NCBI GenBank assembly: GCA_965242925.1
Contig: CBDEUM010000038.1
Span: 160,001-224,000 of the forward strand
Length of the DNA: 64,000 bases
Direction: 5' to 3'
From: Roseibacillus sp.
Lineage (GTDB): Bacteria > Verrucomicrobiota > Verrucomicrobiia > Verrucomicrobiales > Akkermansiaceae
Shown here: positions 31,101 through 41,570 of the stretch, piece by piece
How the letters are laid out: each line of letters opens with the position of its first letter
How positions within the stretch are numbered: the first letter of the stretch is position 1
Program-made: the position numbers and the translations under genes
The notes under the pieces: model-generated
Databases searched by the model: none
The model's input: the letters and a program-made list of their open reading frames with translations, nothing else
Told to the model about the DNA's origin: nothing

Positions 31101-33653
31101 TTACCGGGTTGAGCGGGAGACACTCCACCCTCCTTCGGAACTGAGTTGGATGGTGACGGGGCCGACTGTTGCGGTTGCGGTGCCGTCTGGTGCGAGGCGG
31201 GTCTGGATTCCGGTTGCGATCTTTCGAGCATCCATCCCCTCATTGAAGGGGCGCAGGACGCTGAGCCAGAACTGTGGCTTGCCGGGTTGGAGGGTGGCCC
31301 GTGCGAAGGTGTTTCGGACATTGCCGCCTCCGATATCCTGTGAAACCCGGTGCTCAACCTGGCCGATTACGAGTTCCTCTTCCTGATGGAAGTGGAGGAC
31401 GAGGCGCTTCCGGTGGGTCTGCCACCAGGCATGATCGCGGGCGGGCGCCTCAAACCAGTTGGGGCCATTTTGGGCGTTCTCTGTCGCTGAAATTAACCAG
31501 CAGGGGGAGGCGTGGTAACCAGCGAGATCCCCGCAGGGGAGGAATTTGTCCCGAACGACGAGGTAGCCTTCAGCGGTGAGAACGCACTCCCGGGTCCATC
31601 TGCTGCGTGCCCCGTAGTAATTCCGCATGGTGAAGCGCCCGAAGGAATCGGCCCCCTTGTTCTCGGCCCGCAGGTGCTTCTGCTCGAGAATTGCACCCCG
31701 GTGCCAGAGGGGGGTGAAATAGCGTGGATTGACGCGCACGTTCGGGGTGATGGAGCCCCCCTGTGACCCCTTGAAGTCGTAGGCCATGCGGGTGTATTGG
31801 GTCTGGCCGTTGAACTTTTCTTCGAGGTTCTCGAGGGTGAGCAGAAGGGAGGCGTCCTCGCCGATATCAGCGACCTCAAGACAGGTTCCCGGGCGGCGCC
31901 CGCCTTTTACGAAGCGAAAGGCCGCCTTCCGCTGTGCGTCAGTCAGTTCCACGATGTGCTCCCCGTGGCGAAGCTCGACCTTCATGTTGTCTGGCAATTC
32001 GTGGAGAGGAGCGAGGATCTTTTCGCCCCCGGGTCCAGCCAGTCGGATGTTCTGGACCCGGGTTCCGGCCGCAAAGTCTCCGATCCGCAGTGAAGTCAGG
32101 TGGTAATCGTCGTTGAGGTTCCAGTAGCCATCCATGTTTCCGTAGGAGAAGCCGAGTCCGGGTTGGTCCCGGCGGCGAAACTTCCCGATCTTGGCGTCAA
32201 AGAACCAGTTTTTCGAATCGGGACCCTCGCGACTGGGGAGGGCCACCTTGATCGACATGGAGGCCATCTTCCAGGACTCCCCGGTGGGAGGGGCCATTCC
32301 CTGGCCTTCCTTCATCGGGAATTTCATGTCGGGAGGAAGGACCGTGAGCAGGTCATACGCTCCTTCCCCGACGCCGGACCGGCCACTGCTGTATTTGCCA
32401 CTCGTGTGCAGGAACTTGGCCCCGTCGACACAGTATTCGTAGAGTTTGCCATCCGAGTCATCGCAATAATGCATGTAGTTGTTGTTGCGGTCGTAGATGT
32501 AGAAGGAAGCGAAGGGCTGTCCGCTTTCCCGGCTGGGACAAAGAAAGAGGCGTTCGGGTTTGCGGTGTTTGTGGGCGCTGTGATAGCCAACGGCTGAACG
32601 ACCGGGTGGAACTCTGGGTTCGATCCCGCGTTTGATGAACCAGGCGTAACGGCGGTGGTAGGCCTTCTGGTATTCTGCGGGCACGGGAACCCCCACCGGT
32701 GGACGTCCTCCCAAGCAGGCCTGCTCGGAAGCCCAGAGGAACTCCGGGTCCTTGAATTCCTTCGCAAAAAGATACCAGATGTGTCCGTCCATGCCTCCGG
32801 CTTCATCAAGGAGATAGCGCGAGTTCCAGGGATCAGCGTAAATGCGGGCCCGGGCGCCCTCCTCCTGGTTGACGCGCACTCCTGAATTCGGATTACCGCG
32901 TAGCCCGCCGCCATGCACATAGGAGAGGTAGCGGTGGAGGTGCTGGTAGAGAAAGTTCCGCTCGGTCTCGAACTTTCCCATCCCCTGGGCCATGTCGTAA
33001 AGCCCCTGGAGGTAGAGGGGGCCATAGGGGTAGTAATTCGTCTCCGTGGTGTCCCCGTATTCCACCAGTTCGCGCCAGAGGGCGTCGAGCCAGGGCTGGT
33101 GTCGTTTGCAGAGGGGGTGGTCGGGGAACATCTGCACTGCGAGGGCCGGGCCGCCATTGATCCCGTAGGGTCGGTTGTTGACGCCCCGCTCGAGGGCGGA
33201 GTAATCGGGAAAATCCAAACGAAGGCTCTCGGTGACAAGGGTCTTGAACTTTTTCTGCTCCTCCCTGCCGATGGCCTTCTGTCTCACCAGTTCGGCAAAG
33301 ATCCGCATGCGGCCGCCGCTGCCCCAGGATTTGTGGTTGTAGAAGAGGGTGAACTGTTCCCCTTTTTCGGTGGCCGCGTCGTAGCGGTCCAGGATGCTCA
33401 TGAAGTAGGCCTTCAGGATCGGAAGCGCGTTTTTTTCCTGCCGGCCATTGTCGATGTAGCGGGAGAGAAGGCGGTCCCACTCCCAGCCTCCCCGATGGAT
33501 CTGCGGATTGCTGCGCCGCACCTCGGCGGCGAACGCTGTAATTTCAGGAGCGGAGAAGGCAGCGTAGTCGGGGAGAGGATGGGAAAACTCGAGGTCCCGG
33601 GAAAGGCCGGGGTAGGCGATCAGACTGGCAAGGAGGAGGGTGAGGGATCGCAT
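31101..33653 (-). CDS. Large secreted hypothetical protein (possible heparinase II/III-like architecture)
   Basis: 850-aa ORF with a signal peptide, aromatic-rich; helical N-half and beta-rich C-half (WTRECVLTAEGYLVVRDKF). The fold guess is weak. Confidence 0.7.
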   Translation of the reverse strand: MRSLTLLLASLIAYPGLSRDLEFSHPLPDYAAFSAPEITAFAAEVRRSNPQIHRGGWEWDRLLSRYIDNGRQEKNALPILKAYFMSILDRYDAATEKGEQFTLFYNHKSWGSGGRMRIFAELVRQKAIGREEQKKFKTLVTESLRLDFPDYSALERGVNNRPYGINGGPALAVQMFPDHPLCKRHQPWLDALWRELVEYGDTTETNYYPYGPLYLQGLYDMAQGMGKFETERNFLYQHLHRYLSYVHGGGLRGNPNSGVRVNQEEGARARIYADPWNSRYLLDEAGGMDGHIWYLFAKEFKDPEFLWASEQACLGGRPPVGVPVPAEYQKAYHRRYAWFIKRGIEPRVPPGRSAVGYHSAHKHRKPERLFLCPSRESGQPFASFYIYDRNNNYMHYCDDSDGKLYEYCVDGAKFLHTSGKYSSGRSGVGEGAYDLLTVLPPDMKFPMKEGQGMAPPTGESWKMASMSIKVALPSREGPDSKNWFFDAKIGKFRRRDQPGLGFSYGNMDGYWNLNDDYHLTSLRIGDFAAGTRVQNIRLAGPGGEKILAPLHELPDNMKVELRHGEHIVELTDAQRKAAFRFVKGGRRPGTCLEVADIGEDASLLLTLENLEEKFNGQTQYTRMAYDFKGSQGGSITPNVRVNPRYFTPLWHRGAILEQKHLRAENKGADSFGRFTMRNYYGARSRWTRECVLTAEGYLVVRDKFLPCGDLAGYHASPCWLISATENAQNGPNWFEAPARDHAWWQTHRKRLVLHFHQEEELVIGQVEHRVSQDIGGGNVRNTFARATLQPGKPQFWLSVLRPFNEGMDARKIATGIQTRLAPDGTATATVGPVTIQLSSEGGWSVSRSTR

Positions 33654-33684
33654 TCGGGGAGAGTGAGAGGTAGTGAAGAAACGT

Positions 33685-34086
33685 TCAGGCCTCCGGTTTG
33701 CGATCGGCGTCGACTACCTCGAAGATGTAGCCGTTGGGTTCCCTGAAGAAGAAGCGCTCGAAGGGGGTTTCCCGGATTGGATCGATGAGTTCGGCTCCGT
33801 GGCCGATGAGGCGCTCCTTGAGAGCGGGGAATTCTTCGAGGGGATAATCAAAGGCAAAGTGCCGGCCGAATTCGGCTTCGAAGGGCGAGATTTCGAATTG
33901 CTCGACATGGAGAAGATGCAGTTGCTGACCATCCCCGATAGCAAGCCAGGCGGCCTCGATGTCGATGTTGCCTGGGCGGGAGATCTGTTTCCATCCAAGG
34001 GTATTCAGGAAAAATTCCCGGGCGGCAATCACATCCCGGGTAGCGAGGGTGAAGTGGTGAAGGCGGGTGAGGGGGGAATCGTCCAC
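33685..34086 (-). CDS. VOC / glyoxalase family protein
   Basis: LHHFTL..RDV..AREFF...LGW, QLHL, RHFAF, RFFFREPNGYIFEV. GTG start inferred. Confidence 0.88.
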   Translation of the reverse strand: MDDSPLTRLHHFTLATRDVIAAREFFLNTLGWKQISRPGNIDIEAAWLAIGDGQQLHLLHVEQFEISPFEAEFGRHFAFDYPLEEFPALKERLIGHGAELIDPIRETPFERFFFREPNGYIFEVVDADRKPEA

Positions 34087-34167
34087 GGTTCCCAGTGTGA
34101 CAGGCGGGGAAAGGGCGGCAAGAGCTGTGTGCTTGCGCTGAATGTGGGGAGCGGGGATAGTGTCGAT

Positions 34168-34632
34168 ATGAAAAGAGCGGTTCTTGCCCTTGCCCTGGCC
34201 ATCCCGTTGGGTCCCCATCCGGTTCAGGCAGACGATGAACCGACCGCGCGAATCCGGGCGCCCAAGTCCGGTGAGAAAGTGGACTACCACTTTGCCGCTA
34301 AGGGACGCTCCAGCAATATTCCCGAGGGACAGGTGGTCATGTTGTTCCGGCCGATCGGTGAGTCGGGATTCCTCTTTCCTCTCAGCGAGGAGTTGAAAGG
34401 GAACCGTTCCTTTACGGAAAAAATCTACCATGAGATGAAAGACGAAGGGAGGCAGGTCATCCAGGTCCGCATGTTGTCTCCTGACCTGGCAGCGAAGGCG
34501 GCCAATTACCGCCGTGAGATTCTCAAGTGGTACGATGGGGGAAAGAAAGGGTCGCAGCCCAGTCTGGCTCCTGGCCTCCTTGAGAACACCAAGCGTCTTG
34601 CCGAGGTGGTCTACGAGTTGGAGAGGGAGTAA
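34168..34632 (+). CDS. Secreted hypothetical protein
   Basis: MKRAVLALALAIPLGPHPVQA signal peptide; 154 aa; fills the gap between flanking genes. Confidence 0.7.
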   Translation: MKRAVLALALAIPLGPHPVQADDEPTARIRAPKSGEKVDYHFAAKGRSSNIPEGQVVMLFRPIGESGFLFPLSEELKGNRSFTEKIYHEMKDEGRQVIQVRMLSPDLAAKAANYRREILKWYDGGKKGSQPSLAPGLLENTKRLAEVVYELERE

Positions 34633-34647
34633 CCTCCAGGGGGCTCG

Positions 34648-36066
34648 CTATGCGAGAATCTCTTCAATCACTTTGCCGTGAACATCGGTCAGGCGGTGAT
34701 TCCTCCCCTGGAACTTGTGGGTGAGGCGGAGGTGATCGATACCGAGGAGGCGCAGGATGGTGGCATTGAGGTCATGGACGTGCACAGGATCCCGGGCCAC
34801 GTTGTAGCTGAAGTCGTCCGTTTCGCCGTGGGTTGTGCCAGCCGCTACTCCGCCGCCCGCCAACCACATGGTGAAGCAGCGGGGGTGGTGGTCCCGGCCG
34901 TAGTTGTCCTTGGTCAATTTGCCCTGGCAGTAGATGGTGCGCCCGAATTCGCCGCCCCAGATGACGAGGGTGTCGTCCAGCATGCCTCGCTCTTCGAGGT
35001 CGATGATGAGGCCGGCGGTAGCCTGGTCGGTATCCAGGCACTGCCTGCGGTGATCGCGCGGGAGGTGTTCATGCTGATCCCAGCCGCGATGGAAGAGTTG
35101 CACGAAGCGCACGCCCCGCTCTACGAGGCGGCGGGCTTGCAGGCAGTGGGCCGCGTAGGTGCCGCGTTGGCGGGCGGCTTCCCCATAGAGTTTCCAGGTG
35201 TGCTCGGGCTCGTCTTCGATATTGGTGATCTCAGGAACGGATTCCTGCATCCGGAAGGCGAGTTCATACTGGGCGATCCGGGCGCGCAGTTCCGGATCGT
35301 CGCCTTCGGCCAGGTGCAGGCGATTCAGGGAAGCGACATCGTCAAGGATCTGGCGGCGTGTTGTCCGGGACAGGCCGGGCGGGTCGTTGAGGTAGAGAAC
35401 CGGAGAGCCGGATCCACGCAGACGCACGCCCTGATGCTCGGTAGGGAGAAAGCCGCTGCCCCAGAGGCGTTTGTAGAGCGGTTGCCCGTTGGTTATGGTG
35501 GCCGAAGTCATGACCACGAAGGCGGGAAGGTTTTCGTTGAGCGATCCCAGTCCGTAGGAGAGCCAGGCTCCGAAACTGGGGCGGCCCGAACGTTCCGAGC
35601 CAGTTTGGAGGAAGGTGATGGCCGGATCATGATTGATGGCATCGGTGTGCATCGACTTTACGAAGCAGAGGCGGTCGGCAATGCCGGCGGTGTGGGGCAT
35701 GAGTTCACTGACCCAGGCCCCGGATTGGCCGTGCTGTTGGAAGTTGAAAGCCGAGGGCGCCACCGGAAAGCGCTTCTGTCCGGAGGTCATGGTGGTGAGG
35801 CGCTGCCCCTTGATGACGGACTCGGGGAGGTCCTGATCGAAGCGCTCGGCCAGTTTGGGCTTGTGGTCGAACAAGTCCATCTGGGAGGGGCCTCCTGATT
35901 GGCAGAGGTAGATCACGCGCCTGGCCCTGGCCGGGAAGTGGGGCAGGGGGGAGGACGTGCCGGCAGCCGCGGCGTCTTCCCGCAGTAGGCTGGCGATGGC
36001 GGCGGATCCCAGTGCGATGCCGGAGCGCTGGAAAAAGAGACGGCGAGTGAAGGGATCGAAATTCAT
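34648..36066 (-). CDS. DUF1501 domain protein (Tat signal)
   Basis: [49 protein letters not shown]. Confidence 0.94.
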   Translation of the reverse strand: MNFDPFTRRLFFQRSGIALGSAAIASLLREDAAAAGTSSPLPHFPARARRVIYLCQSGGPSQMDLFDHKPKLAERFDQDLPESVIKGQRLTTMTSGQKRFPVAPSAFNFQQHGQSGAWVSELMPHTAGIADRLCFVKSMHTDAINHDPAITFLQTGSERSGRPSFGAWLSYGLGSLNENLPAFVVMTSATITNGQPLYKRLWGSGFLPTEHQGVRLRGSGSPVLYLNDPPGLSRTTRRQILDDVASLNRLHLAEGDDPELRARIAQYELAFRMQESVPEITNIEDEPEHTWKLYGEAARQRGTYAAHCLQARRLVERGVRFVQLFHRGWDQHEHLPRDHRRQCLDTDQATAGLIIDLEERGMLDDTLVIWGGEFGRTIYCQGKLTKDNYGRDHHPRCFTMWLAGGGVAAGTTHGETDDFSYNVARDPVHVHDLNATILRLLGIDHLRLTHKFQGRNHRLTDVHGKVIEEILA

Positions 36067-36070
36067 CTCG

Positions 36071-38407
36071 CTACGGTCGGGTGATGGTCTCGTTGAGGTT
36101 GAGGAGCGTGTTGGCCGCCGCAGTGTAAGCGGCCAGTTCGGAAGGTGAGAGGTCACTGGCAGGTGACGATTCCCCCACTTCGATGAGTTTTTCCGCAGCG
36201 TCTTTCTGCCCATGATAGGTCTCGAGGTGGCGCTGGAGGGAGCGGAGAAGGATTGCAAGTTCCCTGTCCTGAGGGGTGCGGCCGGTCACGAGGCGGAAGC
36301 CGTAACGGATTCGAGCCTGCTCGCTGCCGCCTCCTTCCTTAATCATGCGGGTGGCAAGCCCCCGGGCTGCCTCTACGAAAGTGGTATCATTCAAGAGGAC
36401 GAGGGCCTGGAGGGGAGTGTTGGTGCGTTCGCGGCGACTGTTGCAGACCTCGCGGGAGGGGCTGTCGAAGATCTGTAATCCCGGAGGGGGAATGGCGCGG
36501 CGCCAGAAGGTGTAGAGGCTGCGTCGGTAGAGGGCTTCCCCCTTGTCCTGGAGGTAGCCCTTTTCGTAGGCGGTAGTGGTCGGCCCCGCGATCTCATTCC
36601 ACAGGTTGGCAGGCTGGTAAGGCTTGACGGAAGGACCCCCGGTCCGTTCCACGAGGAGTCCGCTCACAAAGAGAGCCTGATCGCGAATGACCTCGCCCGA
36701 GAGACGCAACCGGGGTGCGTGGGAGAGCAGCAGATTCTCCGGGTCGATCTGGCGGGCTCGCGGGGAGGAGAGGGAGGACTGGCGGTAGGTGGCGCTGGTG
36801 ACGATCATCTTCTGCAGGGCCTTGACGTCCCAGTCCAGGCGGATCAATTCGGTGGCCAGCCAGTCAAGAAGCGCGGGATGAGTCGGGAAGTCGCCCTGGA
36901 CGCCGAAGTCTTCCGAGGATCTGACCAGGCCGATCCCAAAGTGGTGTTGCCAGATGCGGTTGACCGTGACCCGGGCCGTCAGGGGATGCTCCGGGTCGAG
37001 CAGCCAGTGGGCAAGAGCGAGGCGGTTCCTCTCAACCCCGGAGGGGAGAGGGGGCAGGCTGCGGGGCACTCCGGCTTCCACTTTCTGGCGGCGTTGATTG
37101 TACTGGCCACGCTCGAGAATGAAGGTGTCACGCTTCTGGGAGTCCTCCATCACCATGGTGGTGGGGGAGCGATCGAGGAGACGTTGGCGTTCTTCCTCAA
37201 GTTTCTTCAGCTCTTCATTTCCGGCCTGTTCAAGTTGTGCCGCAATCTCCCTGAGGCGTTGTTGGTCCGGGCGGGTGGGGACCTTGAGGAAAGGCTTGGC
37301 ATTGCGGCGATAGGTTCCGGGTTCCGGGGTTTGATTGAAGAAGGCGAACAGGGAGTAGAACTCGTCCTGCGAGACAGGATCGTATTTGTGGTCGTGACAC
37401 CGGGCACAACCGGTAGTGAGTCCCATCCAGACCGATGAAACCGTTTCCACCCGGTCCACGATGTACTCGACGCGGAATTCTTCGGCGATGGCCCCTCCTT
37501 CTCCATTTACGCGGTTGTTGCGGAGAAAGCCGGTAGCAAGCCGTTGTTCCGGGGTTGAATCGGGAAGCAGGTCGCCCGCCAGTTGCTCCAGGGTGAACTG
37601 GTCAAAGGGCATGTTGTCGTTAAGGACGTCAATGAGCCATTCCCGCCAGCGCCACATGGTCCGTGGTTCGTCGTCCTGATAACCGTCGGTATCGGCATAG
37701 CGCGCGAGGTCGAGCCAATCGACCGCCATGTGTTCACCATAGCGCGGAGAGGCCAGAAGACGGTCAACCACCCTCCCATAGGCCTGAGGGGATTTATCGG
37801 CAAGGAAGGCGTCGATTTCCGCAGGAGCAGGAGGCAAACCCGTGAGGTCGAGGGTCACCCGTCGGAGGAGCGTCGCCCTGTCGGCCGTTCTGGCAGGGTG
37901 GAGGCCTGTTGCCCGCATGCGCCGGAGGACATACCTGTCGATTGTCCCTGCTCCAGGCCAGGGAGCGTCCTGGTTTTCCGGGAGCGGGGGACGGTGCAGG
38001 GGGGTGAAGGACCAATGGGGCTGCCAGTCGGCTCCCTGGAGGATCCAGTTCCTGATCTTTTCGATCTCCGCCGGGGTGAGTTGGCGCACTTCCTCCGCGG
38101 GAGGCATCCGCTCTTCGCGGTCGGAATGGGTTATGTGCTCAAACAGGAGGCTCTCCCGGGGCTTGCCGGGGACCACGATGGTTCCTCCTTCACGTTTGGC
38201 GAACCAATCCTCTCTCTGATCGAGACGAAGTCTGGCCTTGCGCTTGGAGGCGTCCACTCCGTGACATTTGAAGCAGGTATCGGAGAGGATGGGGCGGATC
38301 TCGCGGGCAAATTCAACTGGTTCGCCAGCCCGGACAGGGATCACTGATTGACCCGCACTCAGGAAGGTGAGACAGGCGATGGCGCGGACAGGCAGACGGT
38401 AGAGCAT
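36071..38407 (-). CDS. PSCyt1 + DUF1549 + DUF1553 protein (no insert)
   Basis: [48 protein letters not shown]. Confidence 0.93.
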   Translation of the reverse strand: MLYRLPVRAIACLTFLSAGQSVIPVRAGEPVEFAREIRPILSDTCFKCHGVDASKRKARLRLDQREDWFAKREGGTIVVPGKPRESLLFEHITHSDREERMPPAEEVRQLTPAEIEKIRNWILQGADWQPHWSFTPLHRPPLPENQDAPWPGAGTIDRYVLRRMRATGLHPARTADRATLLRRVTLDLTGLPPAPAEIDAFLADKSPQAYGRVVDRLLASPRYGEHMAVDWLDLARYADTDGYQDDEPRTMWRWREWLIDVLNDNMPFDQFTLEQLAGDLLPDSTPEQRLATGFLRNNRVNGEGGAIAEEFRVEYIVDRVETVSSVWMGLTTGCARCHDHKYDPVSQDEFYSLFAFFNQTPEPGTYRRNAKPFLKVPTRPDQQRLREIAAQLEQAGNEELKKLEEERQRLLDRSPTTMVMEDSQKRDTFILERGQYNQRRQKVEAGVPRSLPPLPSGVERNRLALAHWLLDPEHPLTARVTVNRIWQHHFGIGLVRSSEDFGVQGDFPTHPALLDWLATELIRLDWDVKALQKMIVTSATYRQSSLSSPRARQIDPENLLLSHAPRLRLSGEVIRDQALFVSGLLVERTGGPSVKPYQPANLWNEIAGPTTTAYEKGYLQDKGEALYRRSLYTFWRRAIPPPGLQIFDSPSREVCNSRRERTNTPLQALVLLNDTTFVEAARGLATRMIKEGGGSEQARIRYGFRLVTGRTPQDRELAILLRSLQRHLETYHGQKDAAEKLIEVGESSPASDLSPSELAAYTAAANTLLNLNETITRP

Positions 38408-38464
38408 CACCAAGGAGGATGTGATATAACTCCCCATAGGACTCAACCGGTCAAGCCGAAGTGC

Positions 38465-40393
38465 TCAGCGTGGATTGATGAGGGCCCGGGCCACCCGGAA
38501 GCCGAGGTTGCCGAGTTCTAGATCCGCATTGCTGTAAAAACGGCCGGCAGCCTGGCGGTTGTTACCCTGGAACCAGGAATTCGAGCGGATTCCACGGAAG
38601 AGGATTCCAGCCCGTGACTCGGTCCAATCCCAGATCCGGTGGTCGATATCGGTCATCCCGTAGGGACTGTTCTTCCATTTTGTCCCGGGAAGAACTGAGT
38701 TGAAGGCGGGAGCAATTCTTCCGAGTCCGCGTCGGAAGTGGGCGTAGTCCTTCTTCCCGGGATCGTAGTAGGCGGCCTTGTACCATTCATCCTCGGTGGG
38801 AAGGAAGATCCTGGCCCCCTTTGCGCGTGGGATCGCTTTCGTGGCATCGGAGAAGTTGTAGGCTCCGCGTTCGGTTTCCCCGCTGTGGAGCCAGTTACAA
38901 TAGCGGGCCGCATCAAACCAGGAGAGGTAGGTGACAGCCAGATGCGAAGTCCCGGGATCAGGGTGGTGATCGAAGGTCCCCTGCTCCGTCTCGGAGCGAA
39001 GGCGCTGGATGCGCATTTTCGGATGGTGGAGGCCATGGGGATCTTCTTTGCGTGCCACCGCGTTGAGAAAGGAGCAGTAGTCTGCATTGCTGACCCGGTG
39101 CGTTCCGATTTCAAAGGTGTGATTGACTGCCCCGTGGGAGCCGACGCGGGGCCGTTCCTCGTCGGGTTTGTTGCCGGGATCACCGATGGTGACGAAGGAT
39201 GCCTTCGCTGGAGGGGGTTCCTCCGGTTCCACCGTGACCGGGTCCTGCCAGAAGGATCGCCCCTCCGGGGGAAGGCGCTGGTAGAAGACGAACTCGGCAA
39301 ACTCCAGGAGCGATTTCCAGTCCTCATTCGAATAGGAATGACCACCCCGACGATAGATCAGACCGTTCAAGTGAGCGCGATCGTGCAACTGGAAGACCGC
39401 CATGGCCGCCCTGCTGGTCGCGTGAGTGCCCACCGGGTTTGCGAAGAGATCGTCAGAGGACTCCAGGCAGAGGAGTGCGCGGGGGGCGACCAGGGCCTTG
39501 AGGAAATGCTGATCGAAGGGGAGGTGAGCTTCTTTTTCAGCGAAGAGGAGAATGCGCTCATGGTACCAGTTCGGCTTGTCGTTCATGCCGATGGATTCCG
39601 CGCCCGGTCCGAGGATCCGGGAGGAACCGGCCCCGCCTGCTCCCGACTGGCAGGGCACCACCAGGTCAATGCGTTCATCGAGAGCTCCGGCCAGGAGGGC
39701 GGCCTTTCCACCGCGTGAATGCCCGGTGATGGCGATGCGATCGTGGTCGACGTCGGGTCGAGATTCAAGGTAGTCGACCACCCGCATTCCTCCCCAGGCC
39801 CAGACGGCCAGCATGGCCCAGTCAAAATCGGGGTAGGCCCGTTGGGCGGGACCGACGTTCCCTCGCTTGTCGGGAGCCAGGTCGCCCCGGGCGTATTCGA
39901 TGAAGAGGTAGTTCTTCTTCATGAACATGGCGGCATTCCTGCTGCCCCCGAGGGAACCCTCTTCCTCGATGATAACCGGGTGGGGTCCCCTGGTCCGGGG
40001 GACATAGGCCAGGATGCGCATCTTGAGCTTCTTCCTGCTGTCGATGACCAGGGTCATCCACTCCTCGGTCCCAAGTCCGCTTTCGTGCTCGCGTACGCGG
40101 TCAACCCGGACGGTGACGCGATCAGGTCTGGGAGGCATGCGGCCGTATTGATAGAAAAGGAGGGGTGAGACGAGTTCGGTCCGGCGGTTGCTCCAGTCGG
40201 CAAGGTTGCCGACCTTGCTTCCGTCCTCGAAGGTGAGGAGGTCAGGGAGACCGGTGATGGGGGAAAGTTGGGAGAGATCAGCGGGAAGTTCAGCATTCGG
40301 GTCCGGCAGTTGGGCGGTGTTCCCCGGGGTGACCTCGCCGGCCAGGAGGGAAAGGGCCGGGAACAGGGAACTGACAAGGAGGGCGACTCGCAT
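38465..40393 (-). CDS. CE15 / glucuronoyl esterase-like hydrolase fused to an FGE-sulfatase (SUMF1)-like domain
   Basis: Start MRVALLV; WAWGGMRVVDYL, GHSRGGKAAL, LPFDQH, GGH; C-terminal SWFDAARYCNWL, LPTEDEWYKAA, SPYG, LGFRVAR. Confidence 0.85.
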   Translation of the reverse strand: MRVALLVSSLFPALSLLAGEVTPGNTAQLPDPNAELPADLSQLSPITGLPDLLTFEDGSKVGNLADWSNRRTELVSPLLFYQYGRMPPRPDRVTVRVDRVREHESGLGTEEWMTLVIDSRKKLKMRILAYVPRTRGPHPVIIEEEGSLGGSRNAAMFMKKNYLFIEYARGDLAPDKRGNVGPAQRAYPDFDWAMLAVWAWGGMRVVDYLESRPDVDHDRIAITGHSRGGKAALLAGALDERIDLVVPCQSGAGGAGSSRILGPGAESIGMNDKPNWYHERILLFAEKEAHLPFDQHFLKALVAPRALLCLESSDDLFANPVGTHATSRAAMAVFQLHDRAHLNGLIYRRGGHSYSNEDWKSLLEFAEFVFYQRLPPEGRSFWQDPVTVEPEEPPPAKASFVTIGDPGNKPDEERPRVGSHGAVNHTFEIGTHRVSNADYCSFLNAVARKEDPHGLHHPKMRIQRLRSETEQGTFDHHPDPGTSHLAVTYLSWFDAARYCNWLHSGETERGAYNFSDATKAIPRAKGARIFLPTEDEWYKAAYYDPGKKDYAHFRRGLGRIAPAFNSVLPGTKWKNSPYGMTDIDHRIWDWTESRAGILFRGIRSNSWFQGNNRQAAGRFYSNADLELGNLGFRVARALINPR

Positions 40394-40592
40394 CGGTGAT
40401 CTTCGTGGGTGGGGAGTGGTTGTAACGCTCAGTCCTTGTAGAAGAAAAGAGGGAATCGCCGGGCTTTCTCTGCGGAGTCGGAAGGGTCGTTGCGCCATTA
40501 CAAAAAGGAAGGATTTGATCCGTCCAAAATGCAGGGTATTACTGGTGGTGAAGGACATGCCGGTGTGTTGTCCGGTAAAAAAAACAAAGGTT

Positions 40593-41570
40593 ATGAAATC
40601 AGGATTTATTATTTCGACACTGGTGGCCATCATCCTGGCTGTTGTGGTGGTGGTTGGGATGGGGCAGATTTCCGATCTGAAAAAGGAGATGGGTGCCCTG
40701 AAGGAGGTAAAACCTGCCAAAAGCGCGGCTGGCCGAACCGAGATCGGAACCTCGTCCCGTGCCGGTCGCATCGCCTCATCCCGTTCCAATAGATCTTCGA
40801 AAAGTGACCGGGTTGCACCAGAGGACGATGATCCTGCTGAGGAAAAGTCGGCGGAGCAGACTCCTGAGCAGATGCTCGGAAACATAATGAAGCTGTTCGC
40901 CGAGAGCGACGCCGGGAAGCGGATGGAGCGGGCCGGTAATATACGGAAGGCGCAGCGTCTTTTCGCTCCGTTGGTGGCGGATTTCGATTTGAGTGATGAC
41001 GATCGGGAGCACTTCCTGGATCTGGCGGGGTCGGCGGCCAACTCAGAGGAAAGCCTCTGGCGCGAGCTCATGTTTGCCGGGGAAGGAAACCGGGAGGAAG
41101 CCCTGCAGAAATGGGAGGCGGCAAATGAGGAACGGGAAACCGCCATGCGGGAGTTCCTTAATGATGACGCGGACTGGAAACGCTACGAGGAGTATGAAGC
41201 GAGGCTGGAAGAGCACGAGCAGGTCCAGGGCGGGATTCGCCGTGCGATGGAGGGGGCTGGCGTGCCTCTCACCCCGGAACAGGAATCACAGCTCGTGGAG
41301 GTGATGTATGACACCCGCCAGGAGAGTGGGATCAATGAAAAGTGGCAAGGCCGGGGTGTGCTGAATCAACTCTCTGAGCCGGGGATTGCCGATCGACTCG
41401 AAGCGGACATGCAGGCGAACCAGGAGGCCATGAGTCCGGGGGTGGCGAATGTGCTGTCACCGCAGCAGGTGGAAGCTTTCAACTCGTCCCAGATCCGTAT
41501 GCGGGAAGGGGCGACGGAAGGGCTGCGCTGGATGGAAACCTTCAGGGGTGGGGGTGGACAGCCCGAATGA
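40593..41570 (+). CDS. Membrane-anchored helical hypothetical protein
   Basis: N-terminal TM segment (FIISTLVAIILAVVVVVGM), low-complexity linker, Glu-rich helices; stop overlaps the next ATG. Confidence 0.75.
   Translation: MKSGFIISTLVAIILAVVVVVGMGQISDLKKEMGALKEVKPAKSAAGRTEIGTSSRAGRIASSRSNRSSKSDRVAPEDDDPAEEKSAEQTPEQMLGNIMKLFAESDAGKRMERAGNIRKAQRLFAPLVADFDLSDDDREHFLDLAGSAANSEESLWRELMFAGEGNREEALQKWEAANEERETAMREFLNDDADWKRYEEYEARLEEHEQVQGGIRRAMEGAGVPLTPEQESQLVEVMYDTRQESGINEKWQGRGVLNQLSEPGIADRLEADMQANQEAMSPGVANVLSPQQVEAFNSSQIRMREGATEGLRWMETFRGGGGQPE

Noticed and set aside
38465..38620. The FGE-fold C-terminus ending in GFR resembles a diversity-generating retroelement variable region
   Set aside because: I saw no template-repeat copy and no reverse transcriptase in the window; a remote element cannot be excluded.
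40188..41146. Apparent long overlap between ORFs 38465..41146 and 40188..41570
   Set aside because: The likely starts are 40393 (-) and 40593 (+), each followed by a signal or anchor sequence; the genes are simply divergent.
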